Shown here: in pieces, positions 38,757 to 48,833 of the stretch
How positions within the stretch are numbered: position 1 is the first letter of the stretch
Layout of the letters: every line of letters begins with the position of its first letter
Assembly (NCBI GenBank): GCA_040386535.1
Contig: JAZKFH010000013.1
Span: 514,827-578,826, forward strand
Length of the DNA stretch: 64,000 nt
Direction: 5' to 3'
From: Myxococcota bacterium
GTDB taxonomy: Bacteria > Myxococcota_A > UBA796 > SXON01
Notes under the pieces: model-generated
What the model was told of the DNA's origin: nothing
Databases searched by the model: none
The model's input: only the letters and a program-made list of their open reading frames with translations
Made by a program: the position numbers and the translations under genes

Positions 38757-39218
38757 ATGGGCATCATCGATCGGATCAAGCGTCGCCTCCCCATCGTCGG
38801 CGGCTCCCCGGCCCCCGCCCCCATCCGCAAGGTGACGCTCGCGCCGATCCGCGCCGAGGAAGAAGAGGAGAAGGAAGAGCTGTCCGCGCGCGGCAACAAG
38901 CCCGTGGCGGCCTACATCGACGAGCTCATCAAGGGCAACGGCGTCGTGCTCTTCATGAAGGGCTCGCCCCAGTCGCCCCAGTGCGGCTTCTCGGCGGGCG
39001 CCAGCGCCATCCTCAACAGCTACGGCAAGGCCTACGCGCACGTGAACGTGCTCGCCGACCCCGACGTGCGCGAGGGCGTCAAGGACTTCTCGAGCTGGCC
39101 GACCATCCCCCAGGTGTTCGTGGGCGGCGAGTTCGTCGGCGGGGCCGACATCCTCAAGCAGCTGCACGAGAGCGGGGAGCTCAAGGAGCTCATCGCCAAG
39201 GCCTACCCGGCCGCGTAG
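38757..39218 (+). CDS. grxD: Monothiol glutaredoxin (CGFS) with N-terminal extension
   Basis: LFMKGSP..PQCGFS, WPTIPQVFVGGEFVGGADI. Confidence 0.93.
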   Translation: MGIIDRIKRRLPIVGGSPAPAPIRKVTLAPIRAEEEEEKEELSARGNKPVAAYIDELIKGNGVVLFMKGSPQSPQCGFSAGASAILNSYGKAYAHVNVLADPDVREGVKDFSSWPTIPQVFVGGEFVGGADILKQLHESGELKELIAKAYPAA

Positions 39219-39249
39219 ACGCCGCGGGGCCCTCTTCCGGCCCAGCGCG

Positions 39250-39471
39250 TCAGCTCCGCGACCCCGGACGCCCCGCCCGCGCCTGCTCTTCGGGCGGCCA
39301 GGGGCAGTGCCGGCACCCGTTGCCACAGCACGTGCCGCGCCGCCGCAGAAAACCCGCGGTCAGCACGAAGTAGCCGGTGAGCGGATCCATGTACCCGTCG
39401 CGACGTTGGGCCTCGGCCGCGTCGTGATGGCGTTGGGCCTCGGCCGTGGGAGGCGCGGGAATTCGGCTCAT
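39250..39471 (-). CDS. Small Cys-rich protein (DUF5522-like)
   Basis: YMDPLTGYFVLT...RRGTCCGNGCRHCPW; ATGA overlap with AmpG-like stop. Confidence 0.75.
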   Translation of the reverse strand: MSRIPAPPTAEAQRHHDAAEAQRRDGYMDPLTGYFVLTAGFLRRRGTCCGNGCRHCPWPPEEQARAGRPGSRS

Positions 39472-40664
39472 GAGGGGGCGGTGACCGGGCGGTGGGAGAC
39501 GCGCGGCACGAGCGCCAGCGCGGGCAACGCGAGCAGGAAGGTAACCAGGAACCACTCGGCGTAGCCGATGCGCGCCACCGCGACGCCCGAGATGGACCCC
39601 GCCAGCGTGCGGGTCAGGCCCACGATGCTCGTCAGGATGGCGAAGCGCGTGGCCGCCTGGGCGCCGGTGGCCGCGCGCATCGACAACGCGAGGAGCGCGG
39701 CGGTGCCGAGGCCGGCGGTGAGGCTCTCGCAGAAGCTGGCGAGGTAGCAGGCCCAGCGCGTGCCCACCGTCGCGGCGCCCGCGTAGCCGAGGTTGGAGAG
39801 CGCCTGGAGCGAGCCGAGGAGCAGCACGCCGCGGGCCATGCCGATGCGCGAGAGGATGTCGCCGCCCACGAGCGCGCCGACGGAGACGAGCACGGCGCCG
39901 GCGGTCGTGGAGAGGAGCCCGACCTCCGTGGCGGAGAGCCCCGTGTCGAGCAGGAAGAGCTTGACCATGGGGCCCATCGCGCTGTCACCGAGCTTGTAGA
40001 GGAGCACGAACGCGAAGAGCAGGAGGGTGCCCGGCTGCGCGACCCAGTCACGCAACAGCCCGAGCCAGTCGGCGGCGGGCGTGTGCGGCGCGGGCGGCAC
40101 CGAGGGGATGCGGGTCAGGACGACGAGGAGGACGATTAGCGTGATCGCGACGGCACCGAAGGCCCAGTTCCAGTCGAGCTTGTCCCCGAGGACGACGGCG
40201 CCGCCGCCCGCGAGGGCCATGGCCCCCCGGTAGGCGGCAACCCGCACGCCGGTCATGCGTCCCTGCTCCTCCGCGGGGACCACGGAGACCAGCCAGCCGT
40301 CGATGGCGATGTCCTGGGTCGCGCTCGCGATGGCGAGGAAGAGGAGCGCCGGGATGAGCAGCGCGGGCGTGGGCCCGAGGATGGGCAGGAGGGCCACTGC
40401 CGAGGCGGCGCCACACAAGCCTGCGGCGATCCAGGCCGTGTAGCTGCCGGCGCGGTCGACGGCAGGGGCCCAGAGCGCCTTGAGCGTCCACGGTAGGCCC
40501 ACCAGCGTCATCATGCCGATCGCGGTGGTGTCGACCCCGTTGACCCGGAGCCACACGGGCACGAGATCACTGACGACGCCGTAGGGCATCCCGGACGCGG
40601 CCTCGAGCGCCACGACCGCGGCCAGCAGCTGAAGTCTCGTCGGGAGGGGGGTGGCGGTGCCCAT
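39468..40664 (-). CDS. ampG: AmpG-like MFS permease
   Basis: SGMPY, LPWTLKALWAP, SATQDIAIDG, LYKLGD. Confidence 0.85.
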   Translation of the reverse strand: MGTATPLPTRLQLLAAVVALEAASGMPYGVVSDLVPVWLRVNGVDTTAIGMMTLVGLPWTLKALWAPAVDRAGSYTAWIAAGLCGAASAVALLPILGPTPALLIPALLFLAIASATQDIAIDGWLVSVVPAEEQGRMTGVRVAAYRGAMALAGGGAVVLGDKLDWNWAFGAVAITLIVLLVVLTRIPSVPPAPHTPAADWLGLLRDWVAQPGTLLLFAFVLLYKLGDSAMGPMVKLFLLDTGLSATEVGLLSTTAGAVLVSVGALVGGDILSRIGMARGVLLLGSLQALSNLGYAGAATVGTRWACYLASFCESLTAGLGTAALLALSMRAATGAQAATRFAILTSIVGLTRTLAGSISGVAVARIGYAEWFLVTFLLALPALALVPRVSHRPVTAPS

Positions 40665-40721
40665 GACCGCGGGGCTGTAGCACGGCGTTCGGAGCGACGA
40701 GCCCCCGGTCACCAAGGGGTC

Positions 40722-41486
40722 CTACGCCCAGCCCACGCGCACGAGCCCGGTCGCCTGGTTGGGGAGCGCGAGCCCGTCGGAGAAGCGCGGATGCGGGCCG
40801 GCGCGCAGGGTCCGCGGGCCGACGGGGAGGGTGCGGGGCAACGCTCCCTCGGTGACCGCGAGCGCCGCCGCGCGGAGGGCGGGAAATCCGAGCCGCGGAT
40901 CGCCACGCCCGGGCACGACCGTCGCGAGCTCGGGACGCCCGACCACGTCCGCGAGGCCCACGGTCACGAGCTCGATGCCCTGGGCCCCATGGGTGAGCCG
41001 CACGGTCACGTCGGGGAGGGGGCCGCCCTCGGGAAACAGCCGTGCCACGCCGTCGGTAGGGCCGATGCCGAGATCGTAGTGTGCCGCGCGCACCAGCCGG
41101 ACATGCTCCAGATCGGCGGTCGGATCGGGCCACGGGCCGCACCACCCCAGCGCCGCGAGCGCGAGGAGCGCACAGGCCTGCTTGCGACGATCGGCGCCGG
41201 AGCGCCCGCCGAGGCGGTAGGAGACCGAGGCAGGGGCCCGGCCAGCCGCCATGGCGACGAGATCGTCCGGCGTGCAGCGGATCACCGCGTCGACCAGGGT
41301 GTCGAGGGGGGAGGCGTCTTCGGCGGCGTGCAGGCCGCGGTCGCGGATCAGCCACGTCGTCTCCCCCGCGACCAGCGCGAGGACCGGGCGCTCGTCCCAG
41401 AAGCGCCGCCGGGTGAACGGGCTGGTGACGAGGCGCTGGACGAGCGCGGGCTCGAGGCCCATCGGGAGGCTTGTCAGGAGGCTCAC
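40722..41486 (-). CDS. Hypothetical protein
   Basis: GTGA overlap with uvrA stop; fills the gap to ampG; N-terminal half weakly SCP2-like. Confidence 0.5.
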   Translation of the reverse strand: MSLLTSLPMGLEPALVQRLVTSPFTRRRFWDERPVLALVAGETTWLIRDRGLHAAEDASPLDTLVDAVIRCTPDDLVAMAAGRAPASVSYRLGGRSGADRRKQACALLALAALGWCGPWPDPTADLEHVRLVRAAHYDLGIGPTDGVARLFPEGGPLPDVTVRLTHGAQGIELVTVGLADVVGRPELATVVPGRGDPRLGFPALRAAALAVTEGALPRTLPVGPRTLRAGPHPRFSDGLALPNQATGLVRVGWA

Positions 41487-44191
41487 AGGTACTTGCCCGT
41501 CCGCGAGGCCGACGCCGCGCGGATCATGGCGGGTGGCCCCTCCGCGATCACGCGGCCGCCCGCGGCCCCGGCACCCGGACCGAGCTCGACGAGCCAGTCG
41601 CAAGCGCCGAGCAGCACGGGGTCGTGCTCGACCGCGAGCACGCTGCCGCCTTGCTCCACGAGCTGGCGGAGGGCCTCGACGAGCAGCGCTACGTCGGCCG
41701 GGTGGAGGCCCACGGAGGGCTCGTCGAGCAGGTAGAGCGTGCCCGGCACGTCGCCCTTCTTGCCGAGCTCGCGCGCGAGCTTGACGCGCTGGGCCTCGCC
41801 GCCGGACAAGGTGTCGCCGGGCTGGCCCAGGGCGAGGTAGCCGAGGCCGAGGGCGTCGAGCGTCGCGAGCGGGCCGGCGATCTGGGGCACGGAGGGGAAC
41901 AGCGCGCGGGCGTCGCGGACGGGCATGGCGAGCACGTCGGCGATGCTGGCGCCCTTCCACGTGACGGCGAGCGTGGCCTCGTCGAAGCGGCGCCCGTCGC
42001 ACACCTCGCAGGGCACGGTCACGTCGGGGAGAAAGTGCATCGCGACGCGCCGAACGCCCTCGCCTTCGCACGCCTCGCAGCGCCCGCCGGGCACGTTGAA
42101 CAAGAAACGCTCGGGGCCGAAGCCGCGCACCTTGGCCTCGGCGGTCTTCGCGTAGAGCTGGCGGATGGGGTCCCAGATGCGCGTGGCCGTGGCCGGGTTG
42201 GAGCGCGCCGAGCGGCCGAGCGGCGACTGGTCGACCCGCACGAGCCGCGTGATGGCCTCGGCGCCCGCAAGGCGCGTGTGCGGGAGCGGCTCCGGCCCCC
42301 CGAAGCCCAGGCGCCGTGTGAGCGCGCGCCCCAGCGTGTCCTCCACGAGCGAGCTCTTCCCGGACCCGCTCACCCCGGTGACGCCGACCAGCGCGTTCAG
42401 CGGGAAGCGCACCTCGGGCGCCTGGAGGTTGTGGCCGGCGGCGCCGGTGAGCGTGAGCCAGCGATCCTGCGGCGAGGCCCGGCGCGACGAGGCGGGGATG
42501 GCCTCGCGGCCCGACAACCAGCGCCCCGTCGAGGTGTCCGCGGTGAGCAGCGCTTCGGGAGTGCCGACGAACACGACCTGCCCGCCCGCGCGGCCGGCGC
42601 CGGGGCCGAAGTCGACCACGAGGTCGGCCGCACGCACGACGTCGAGGTCGTGCTCGACCACGAGCACGGTGTTGCCGGCGTCGCGCAGGTCGGTGAGCAC
42701 CGCGACCAGGGCGCGCGTGTCCTCGGGGTGGAGGCCGGCCGTGGGCTCGTCCAGCACGTAGAGCACGCCCGAGAGCTGGTTTCCGGCCTGGGCGGCGAGG
42801 CGGAGGCGCTGCAATTCGCCGCCGGAGAGCGTGGCGGCGTTGCGATCGAGGGTGAGGTAGCCGAGGCCGGTGCGGAGGAGGAAGTCGAGGCGGCGGCCCA
42901 GCTCCTCCTGCAACGGCGCCACGATCGGGCCGGGCGGCAGCTCGGCGACGTACGCGCGCGCGTCCACCAACGCCAGGGCCGACACCTCTGCGAGCGAACG
43001 CCCGGCGACCCGCACGGCGCGCGCGGCGGGCCCGAGACGCGCGCCGTGGCAGGCCGGGCACGTGCGCTCCTCGACCGCGACCGTGCCCTTCTTCTCGGCC
43101 ATCGCGACCGCGCCTTCGAGGCGGGGCGCGAGCGTGGAGTCGGGGGGGTCGCCGTGCAGCACGAGGTGCCGCTGCTCCCAGCGGAGCGCGCTCCAGGGCA
43201 CGTCCGTCGGCACGCCACGGGCGAGCGCCTGCGCTTCGAGCGAGCGCTTGATGGCGCCCTTCCAGCCCTCCACGGCGCCCTCCGCGAGCGTTCGGGCGGG
43301 GTCGGCGACGAGGCGGTCGGGATCGACCGAGCGGGTGACCCCGAGGCCCTGGCAATCGGGGCACGCGCCCACGGGCGAGTTGAACGAGAAGAGGCGCGGG
43401 GAGGGCTCGGGCAGGTCGAGGTCACACGTCAGGCAGCGCAGGACGGACGTGAAGGTGTGATCCTCCGCGCCGCTCTCGGTCCCGACCTCGGCGATGAGGC
43501 TGCCCCGGCCGATGCGGAGCGCGGCGTCGACCGCCTCCTGCACGCGGTCCTTGCGGTCGGGCGCGACCTTGATGCGATCGACGACGACGTCGACGTCGTG
43601 GGGCACCCGCGCGTCCATCGGCGGCACCTCGTCGATCGCGACGGTCGCGCGGTCGATGCGGACACGCAGGAAGCCCTGGCCGTTCAGGCCGTCGAGCAGC
43701 GCCTTGAGGCTGCCCGTGCGGGCCCGCGCGAAGGGTGCGCACACGACGAGGCGCGCGCCGAGCGGGAGGGCCATCAGGGCGCGGACGATCGCGTCGGCCG
43801 GCGTGCGCGTGACGGGCCGGTCGCAGCGTGGGCAGTGCGGCTCGCCCACGCGCGCCCACAACACGCGGAGCAGCTCGTGCACCTCGGTGAGCGTCGCGAC
43901 CGTGGCGCGTGGGGAAGGGGAGACGAGGCCGCGCTGGGCGACGCCGATGCTGGGGGTGAGGCCGGTGAGCAGCTCGTAGGCGGGCTTGCGGGTGGGCCCG
44001 AACTGCTGCCGCACGTAGCTGGAGAGGGCCTCGACGAAGCGGCGCTGCGACTCGGCGTGCAGGGTGTCGAACGCGAGCGACGACTTCCCGCTGCCCGAGG
44101 GCCCGGTGAAGACGATCAGGCGCTCGCGCGGGAGGTCGAGGTCGACCGAGCGGAGGTTGTGTTCGCTCGCGCCCCGGATGCGGATGTCCAT
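41483..44191 (-). CDS. uvrA: Excinuclease ABC subunit A
   Basis: GASEHNL, two GxSGSGKSS Walker A, FSFNSP..GACP, LSGGE x2, LDEP, Zn-finger CxxC pairs. Confidence 0.96.
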   Translation of the reverse strand: MDIRIRGASEHNLRSVDLDLPRERLIVFTGPSGSGKSSLAFDTLHAESQRRFVEALSSYVRQQFGPTRKPAYELLTGLTPSIGVAQRGLVSPSPRATVATLTEVHELLRVLWARVGEPHCPRCDRPVTRTPADAIVRALMALPLGARLVVCAPFARARTGSLKALLDGLNGQGFLRVRIDRATVAIDEVPPMDARVPHDVDVVVDRIKVAPDRKDRVQEAVDAALRIGRGSLIAEVGTESGAEDHTFTSVLRCLTCDLDLPEPSPRLFSFNSPVGACPDCQGLGVTRSVDPDRLVADPARTLAEGAVEGWKGAIKRSLEAQALARGVPTDVPWSALRWEQRHLVLHGDPPDSTLAPRLEGAVAMAEKKGTVAVEERTCPACHGARLGPAARAVRVAGRSLAEVSALALVDARAYVAELPPGPIVAPLQEELGRRLDFLLRTGLGYLTLDRNAATLSGGELQRLRLAAQAGNQLSGVLYVLDEPTAGLHPEDTRALVAVLTDLRDAGNTVLVVEHDLDVVRAADLVVDFGPGAGRAGGQVVFVGTPEALLTADTSTGRWLSGREAIPASSRRASPQDRWLTLTGAAGHNLQAPEVRFPLNALVGVTGVSGSGKSSLVEDTLGRALTRRLGFGGPEPLPHTRLAGAEAITRLVRVDQSPLGRSARSNPATATRIWDPIRQLYAKTAEAKVRGFGPERFLFNVPGGRCEACEGEGVRRVAMHFLPDVTVPCEVCDGRRFDEATLAVTWKGASIADVLAMPVRDARALFPSVPQIAGPLATLDALGLGYLALGQPGDTLSGGEAQRVKLARELGKKGDVPGTLYLLDEPSVGLHPADVALLVEALRQLVEQGGSVLAVEHDPVLLGACDWLVELGPGAGAAGGRVIAEGPPAMIRAASASRTGKYL

Positions 44192-44298
44192 CGATCTCTG
44201 GGGAAGGGCGTGCGAACGTAATCGCGACGGCGAAGGTCGGCGGGGTTCCCAACGCTCCACCCCCGTGGGACGGCGGTCGATCGGTTAGTCCCGCGGCC

Positions 44299-45429
44299 AT
44301 GTTGCGCCGCTTGTCACTCGCCTACGGGGTCCTCTCCGGCACCTTCCGGGTCCGGTTCATCCCGCTCGTCCTCGTGTGGCTCTACGGGGGGCTCCGCCTC
44401 GCCGTGTTCGTCGCACAGGGGCTCGACACGCTCGTGTTCCCCGCGCTCGCGCGCACCAAGGTGCAGCGTCCCATCGTGATCGTGGGCAACCCGCGCACGG
44501 GTACGACGTTCCTGCACCGGTTCCTCGTCGAGAACAAGTTCGGCTCGGGGATGCACCTGTACCGCAGCCTCTACCCCTCGATCCTGCTCCAGAAGGTGCT
44601 CCGGCCGATCCTGCCGCTCCTCGAGAAGGTGAGCCCCGCCCGCTTCCACCAGTCGTCCGTCCACGACACCAACCTCTCCTCGGTCGAGACGGACGACGTG
44701 TCGGTGTTCTTCCGCTACTTCGACGGGTTCTTCCTCTACGGCTTCTTCCTGGCATGGGACCCGGAGGACCGCTTCGCGATGTTCGACCCGAACCAGCGCG
44801 ACACGACCGCGCGCGACTTCGACTGGCTCGAGGCCGCGTGGCGGCGCAGCCTCGTGGCGCAGGGGTCGGACCGCATCGTCGCGAAGCTGTTCTCGACCGG
44901 CCCGCGCACCCCGGCGTTCCTCCAGCGCTTCCCCGACGCACACATCCTCTACATGGTGCGCGATCCGGTCGACGTGATCCCCTCCACATTCAGCCTCGTG
45001 ACCGGCGTGCTCGACAAGGCGTTCGGCTACTCGACGCTCCCGGCGGACGTGCGCAACCGCTACAACGAGCGCCTCTACCTCGCCCTGGTCGACCTCTTCC
45101 GCCGCTTCCACGCCGACTGGTCCTCCGGCCGCATCGATCGCAGCCGGGTGATGGTCGTGTCGTACGACCGGATGATGTCGGACTTCGACGGCTTGATGGC
45201 CGAGATGATCCCGTTCTTCGACATGCACCCGACCGAGGCGCAGCTCGCGGCGATCCGCACGACGGCGGCGCAGCAGCGCGCCTACGAGAGCAAGCACACC
45301 TACAAGCTTGAGAAGTACGGGCTCGACGCCGATCGCATCCGTCGGGACTGCGCGTTCGTGTACGAGACCTGGCTCACGCCGCCTGCCGCGCCCCAGTCCG
45401 AGCTCGCCCCGCCCGCCGCCTCCGCCTAG
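44299..45429 (+). CDS. Sulfotransferase family protein
   Basis: 5'-PSB loop IVGNPRTGTTFLH; 3'-PB motif RDPVDVIPS. Confidence 0.85.
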   Translation: MLRRLSLAYGVLSGTFRVRFIPLVLVWLYGGLRLAVFVAQGLDTLVFPALARTKVQRPIVIVGNPRTGTTFLHRFLVENKFGSGMHLYRSLYPSILLQKVLRPILPLLEKVSPARFHQSSVHDTNLSSVETDDVSVFFRYFDGFFLYGFFLAWDPEDRFAMFDPNQRDTTARDFDWLEAAWRRSLVAQGSDRIVAKLFSTGPRTPAFLQRFPDAHILYMVRDPVDVIPSTFSLVTGVLDKAFGYSTLPADVRNRYNERLYLALVDLFRRFHADWSSGRIDRSRVMVVSYDRMMSDFDGLMAEMIPFFDMHPTEAQLAAIRTTAAQQRAYESKHTYKLEKYGLDADRIRRDCAFVYETWLTPPAAPQSELAPPAASA

Positions 45430-45446
45430 CCGCTCCAGGAGCCCCC

Positions 45447-47486
45447 GTGGCGCACTCCGTCGACCTCCCCGCCTACCAGGCCTTCCTCCCCGCGCCGCTC
45501 CTCGCCGCCCTCGACGCCGCGGCCGAGCCGGTCCCGGGCGTGCCGGGGCTGCGTGTCGCCTCCGGCCTCCAGGCCACGTTTCCGGGCCTCGAGAGCCCCG
45601 AGATCCTCGCATTGGTGTGCGAGGTGTACCGGGCCGTGCGGGGCGATCTGAACCGGATCCTGGAGCAGCGTGTCTTCGACCGCGCGTTCATCGACCGGGA
45701 AACCCTGGCGTGCGTCGCGCCCAACGCAACGCGTACAGTAAGCGATCCTGCGTACGCGACGGTGGTGGGCCGCTCGGACGCCGCGGGGCGCGTGGTTGTC
45801 GGGCCCTCGGACGTGCCTCTGGACGCGCCGCCGGTCGACGTGCCCGCGTTTTTGCGCGGCTCGCAGGTGACGTTGTTCGGCCCGCCCGACTCGGCCAAGC
45901 TCTCCGTAAACGCGATGAACGCGCTGCACCGCCGCCGCGCGGACGAGCCGGACCTCGTGCGCGAGCTGGTGGAAGCGTCGGGACAGGTCCCGCGTTGGGG
46001 CGCGGACAGCGAGGACAGCAAGACCCCGCGCATGCGCGATCTGCTCACCGCGAGCGAGAACCTCGCCGGCTGCTTCGACGGCACCTTGCGCGTGGAGGAC
46101 GCGCGCACCGGCCGCGTCTACGCGCTCGCCGACACCGGGCGCGCGCTCCCCATCAAGCGCGTGGCGGGGCTCGCCCTGCCCGACGGCCACCACCTGCTCG
46201 ACGGAAACCCGCTGCCGCTGCACCTCGTGGAGCTGGTGCAGCACGTGTGGCGCCACCGCGACCGCCCCGAGGCGCTGGTGTTCTACCTGCCGAAGCTCGA
46301 GAACGACGAGGAGGCGGGGTACGTCGCGGCCCTCCTCCGCGTCACCGAGGCGGCCGTGGCCGCGCGCCACCCGTCGTATCGCGCAGGTACCGTCCGGGTC
46401 ATCCTCGTGTTCGAGAACCCGCGCGCGATCTTCCGGATCCGCGAGATGGCGGCGGCGCTCTCCCCCTGGTTCATCGGCGGCAGCCTCGGCTGGCACGATT
46501 TCCTCGCCTCCACCGCGCGCCTGTTCCGCCACGACCCGGGGTACCGCATCCCGGTCAAGGCCGACCCGGACATCGTCATCCGCCACATCCGCGAGTCGCA
46601 TCGCATCCTCGTTCGTGACCTCGGCGCGATGGGCGCGCTCAAGATCGGCGGGATGTACGGCGTGTTGTTCACCGACGACGATCCGGCGTCGTTCTCGGTG
46701 AGCATGGTCGGCTTCCTTCGTGACGTCGTGACGCAGATGAAGCGCGGACTCGACGGCTACTGGGTGGCGCACCCCGACTTCGTCCGCATCGGCATCGCCG
46801 TGGTCGAGGCGTGGCGCCGCAAGGAGCGCGATCCCGCCGACGACGCGCTGGTCCGCCTCGTGTGCGCGCTCGTCCCCGATCCCGCGGAGCAGGCCCCCCT
46901 GCTGGCGTTCGTCGCCGGGCCCGACGCTCCCGGCCTCGCCCAGGACGATCCCCGCTACCGCCGCGCCGTGCTCGCCGCTGAGCTCGGCGGCTCCTCGGTC
47001 ATCGCGAACCACGACCCCGAAGAGGTGCGCTACAACGTGTTCCAGGCGGTGCAGTACCTCGCCGACTGGTTGTGCGGGAACGGCTGCGTGGCCCTGCCCG
47101 CGACGATGCGGAACGCCCGCGGCGAGATCGTGAACGTGCGCATCATGGACGACCTGGCGACCACCGAGCGCTCACGATGGGAGCTGTGGGCCGAGCTGCA
47201 CCACGGCCGCGTCTCCCTCGCGCTGTTCGACCGCATCCTCGACGAGGAGCTCGACTTCGTGCGCGCCGGGGTCGACACCCCGCGCAAGCGGGTCCAGGTG
47301 CGGTGGGAGGGCGAGGCCGCGCGCTGGTACCCGCTCGCGGGCCGAATCCTCCGCCAGCTCGTCACCGAGCCCACGCCACCCGAGTTCGTGACGGAGCTGC
47401 TGATCCCGTTCACCTTCGACCTGGTCCGGGACGCGGAGAACCCCTGGGCGACGGCGAAGGAGCTCTGTCCCGGGCGCTACCGGTAG
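45447..47486 (+). CDS. Malate synthase-like protein (divergent)
   Basis: ADSEDS, FYLPKLE, FENPRA, IGGM, GLDGYWVAHP, MDDLATTERSR correspond to malate synthase A motifs. Confidence 0.75.
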   Translation: MAHSVDLPAYQAFLPAPLLAALDAAAEPVPGVPGLRVASGLQATFPGLESPEILALVCEVYRAVRGDLNRILEQRVFDRAFIDRETLACVAPNATRTVSDPAYATVVGRSDAAGRVVVGPSDVPLDAPPVDVPAFLRGSQVTLFGPPDSAKLSVNAMNALHRRRADEPDLVRELVEASGQVPRWGADSEDSKTPRMRDLLTASENLAGCFDGTLRVEDARTGRVYALADTGRALPIKRVAGLALPDGHHLLDGNPLPLHLVELVQHVWRHRDRPEALVFYLPKLENDEEAGYVAALLRVTEAAVAARHPSYRAGTVRVILVFENPRAIFRIREMAAALSPWFIGGSLGWHDFLASTARLFRHDPGYRIPVKADPDIVIRHIRESHRILVRDLGAMGALKIGGMYGVLFTDDDPASFSVSMVGFLRDVVTQMKRGLDGYWVAHPDFVRIGIAVVEAWRRKERDPADDALVRLVCALVPDPAEQAPLLAFVAGPDAPGLAQDDPRYRRAVLAAELGGSSVIANHDPEEVRYNVFQAVQYLADWLCGNGCVALPATMRNARGEIVNVRIMDDLATTERSRWELWAELHHGRVSLALFDRILDEELDFVRAGVDTPRKRVQVRWEGEAARWYPLAGRILRQLVTEPTPPEFVTELLIPFTFDLVRDAENPWATAKELCPGRYR

Positions 47487-47502
47487 CGCCTGGACCGGAG
47501 CG

Positions 47503-48057
47503 CTACTCCTTCCAGCCTTCGAGCACCCGGTTCGCCTCTTCGATGCCGTGCTCCGTCGTCTCGTCGTCGACGGGGAAGTCGGGCGGCGGGTCGATGATGG
47601 CGAGGATGCGCGTGTTCGCGCCGGCGAGCTGCTCGCTCATCGCGGCGATCAGGAGCCGCCTGAGCGCCGCACCGCGTGGTCCGGCGGCGTTCACGAGCGA
47701 CTGGAAGCCGCCGCGATCCATGGCGCTCACGACGCACGGGCCGAGCGCGATGCAGGTGGCGCTGCGGGGCGAGCCGTCCACGAGGCTCATGTGCCCGAAG
47801 AGCGTGGGCGCCTCGAGCGTGGAGACGTGCGTGGAGCCGCCGTGCACGTCGCGCTTCGAGACGCCGATCCGCCCGCGGAGCAGGAAGAAGGCCTCATCGC
47901 CGACGTTGCGCTCGCGGAACAGGGTGTCGTCCTTGCGGAGCGGGCGCACCTCACACAACGCGAGCAGCTCCGCGATGGCCGGTGCGTCACGCGGCGCGAG
48001 CTCGTAGTTCCGTACGAAGCGATCGGCGATGGCGGGAAAATCCAGGTCGTTGGCCAT
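47503..48057 (-). CDS. Cyclic-nucleotide-binding domain protein (no HTH)
   Basis: LFRE, FGHMSLVDGSPRSAT; TGATG overlap with upstream gene. Confidence 0.82.
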   Translation of the reverse strand: MANDLDFPAIADRFVRNYELAPRDAPAIAELLALCEVRPLRKDDTLFRERNVGDEAFFLLRGRIGVSKRDVHGGSTHVSTLEAPTLFGHMSLVDGSPRSATCIALGPCVVSAMDRGGFQSLVNAAGPRGAALRRLLIAAMSEQLAGANTRILAIIDPPPDFPVDDETTEHGIEEANRVLEGWKE

Positions 48058-48779
48058 CAGTCCGATGCCTTGAACCAGCGCGAGAGGCGCTGGGCGAGGG
48101 TGAGGGGAGCGGGCTCGGAGGAGCCAGCGGATGGGCCGGGTGCGGGGCGTGGTGCCGCGGGCTTCGCGGCCGGCTTGGCCGCGGGCTTCACGGCTGGCTT
48201 GACCGTGGGCCTCGGCTTCTGCGGCCCTCCCGTGCCCCGGGCTCCCGGCGTACGCGGGGAGGCCGGCTTCGCGACGCCGTGCCGCTGCTCGTTCACGACG
48301 CGCTGCAGCACCACGTTGGTGGAGCGCAGGCGCTTCGCCATGGTCTCCAGCAGGAACAATTCCAGCGCGATGAGCGCGGGCTGGGTGTCGTTCTCGATGA
48401 GCGCCGAGCGCGGGATCCGCAGCAGCACCGAGGGACCGACGGTCGTGACGGTCGCGGAGCGGGCGCGCCCCCGCGCGTAGAGCGCGGCCTCGCCGACGAT
48501 CTCGCCGGGCCACACGTCCGCCATCACGCGCTGCTGGTTGCCCGACGCGACGAGGACCGACAGGCGCCCGGTCACGAGCAGCCAGGCGTCTTCGGAGAGG
48601 GGATCGCCTTGGAGGAACAACACCCGCTCCGCGGGGAACGACACCAGCGTCGTGACCGCGAGCAGCTCCCGCACGGCCGCTTGTGGCACGCCTCGGAAGG
48701 GGCCGAGACGGAGGAGCGCATCTTCGTGGGCCGCGGCCTGGGCGGCGGTCGTGCGAGCTACGGGGGGGACGGCGGCCAT
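48057..48779 (-). CDS. Cyclic-nucleotide-binding domain protein with Pro/Lys-rich tail
   Basis: LFLQGD, GEIVGEAAL...RSATV; KPAA repeats. Confidence 0.8.
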   Translation of the reverse strand: MAAVPPVARTTAAQAAAHEDALLRLGPFRGVPQAAVRELLAVTTLVSFPAERVLFLQGDPLSEDAWLLVTGRLSVLVASGNQQRVMADVWPGEIVGEAALYARGRARSATVTTVGPSVLLRIPRSALIENDTQPALIALELFLLETMAKRLRSTNVVLQRVVNEQRHGVAKPASPRTPGARGTGGPQKPRPTVKPAVKPAAKPAAKPAAPRPAPGPSAGSSEPAPLTLAQRLSRWFKASD

Positions 48780-48833
48780 GGCCGACCGTAGCTCGGGACG
48801 GAGCGCGACGTCAAAACCAAATGCTCCGCGCCG

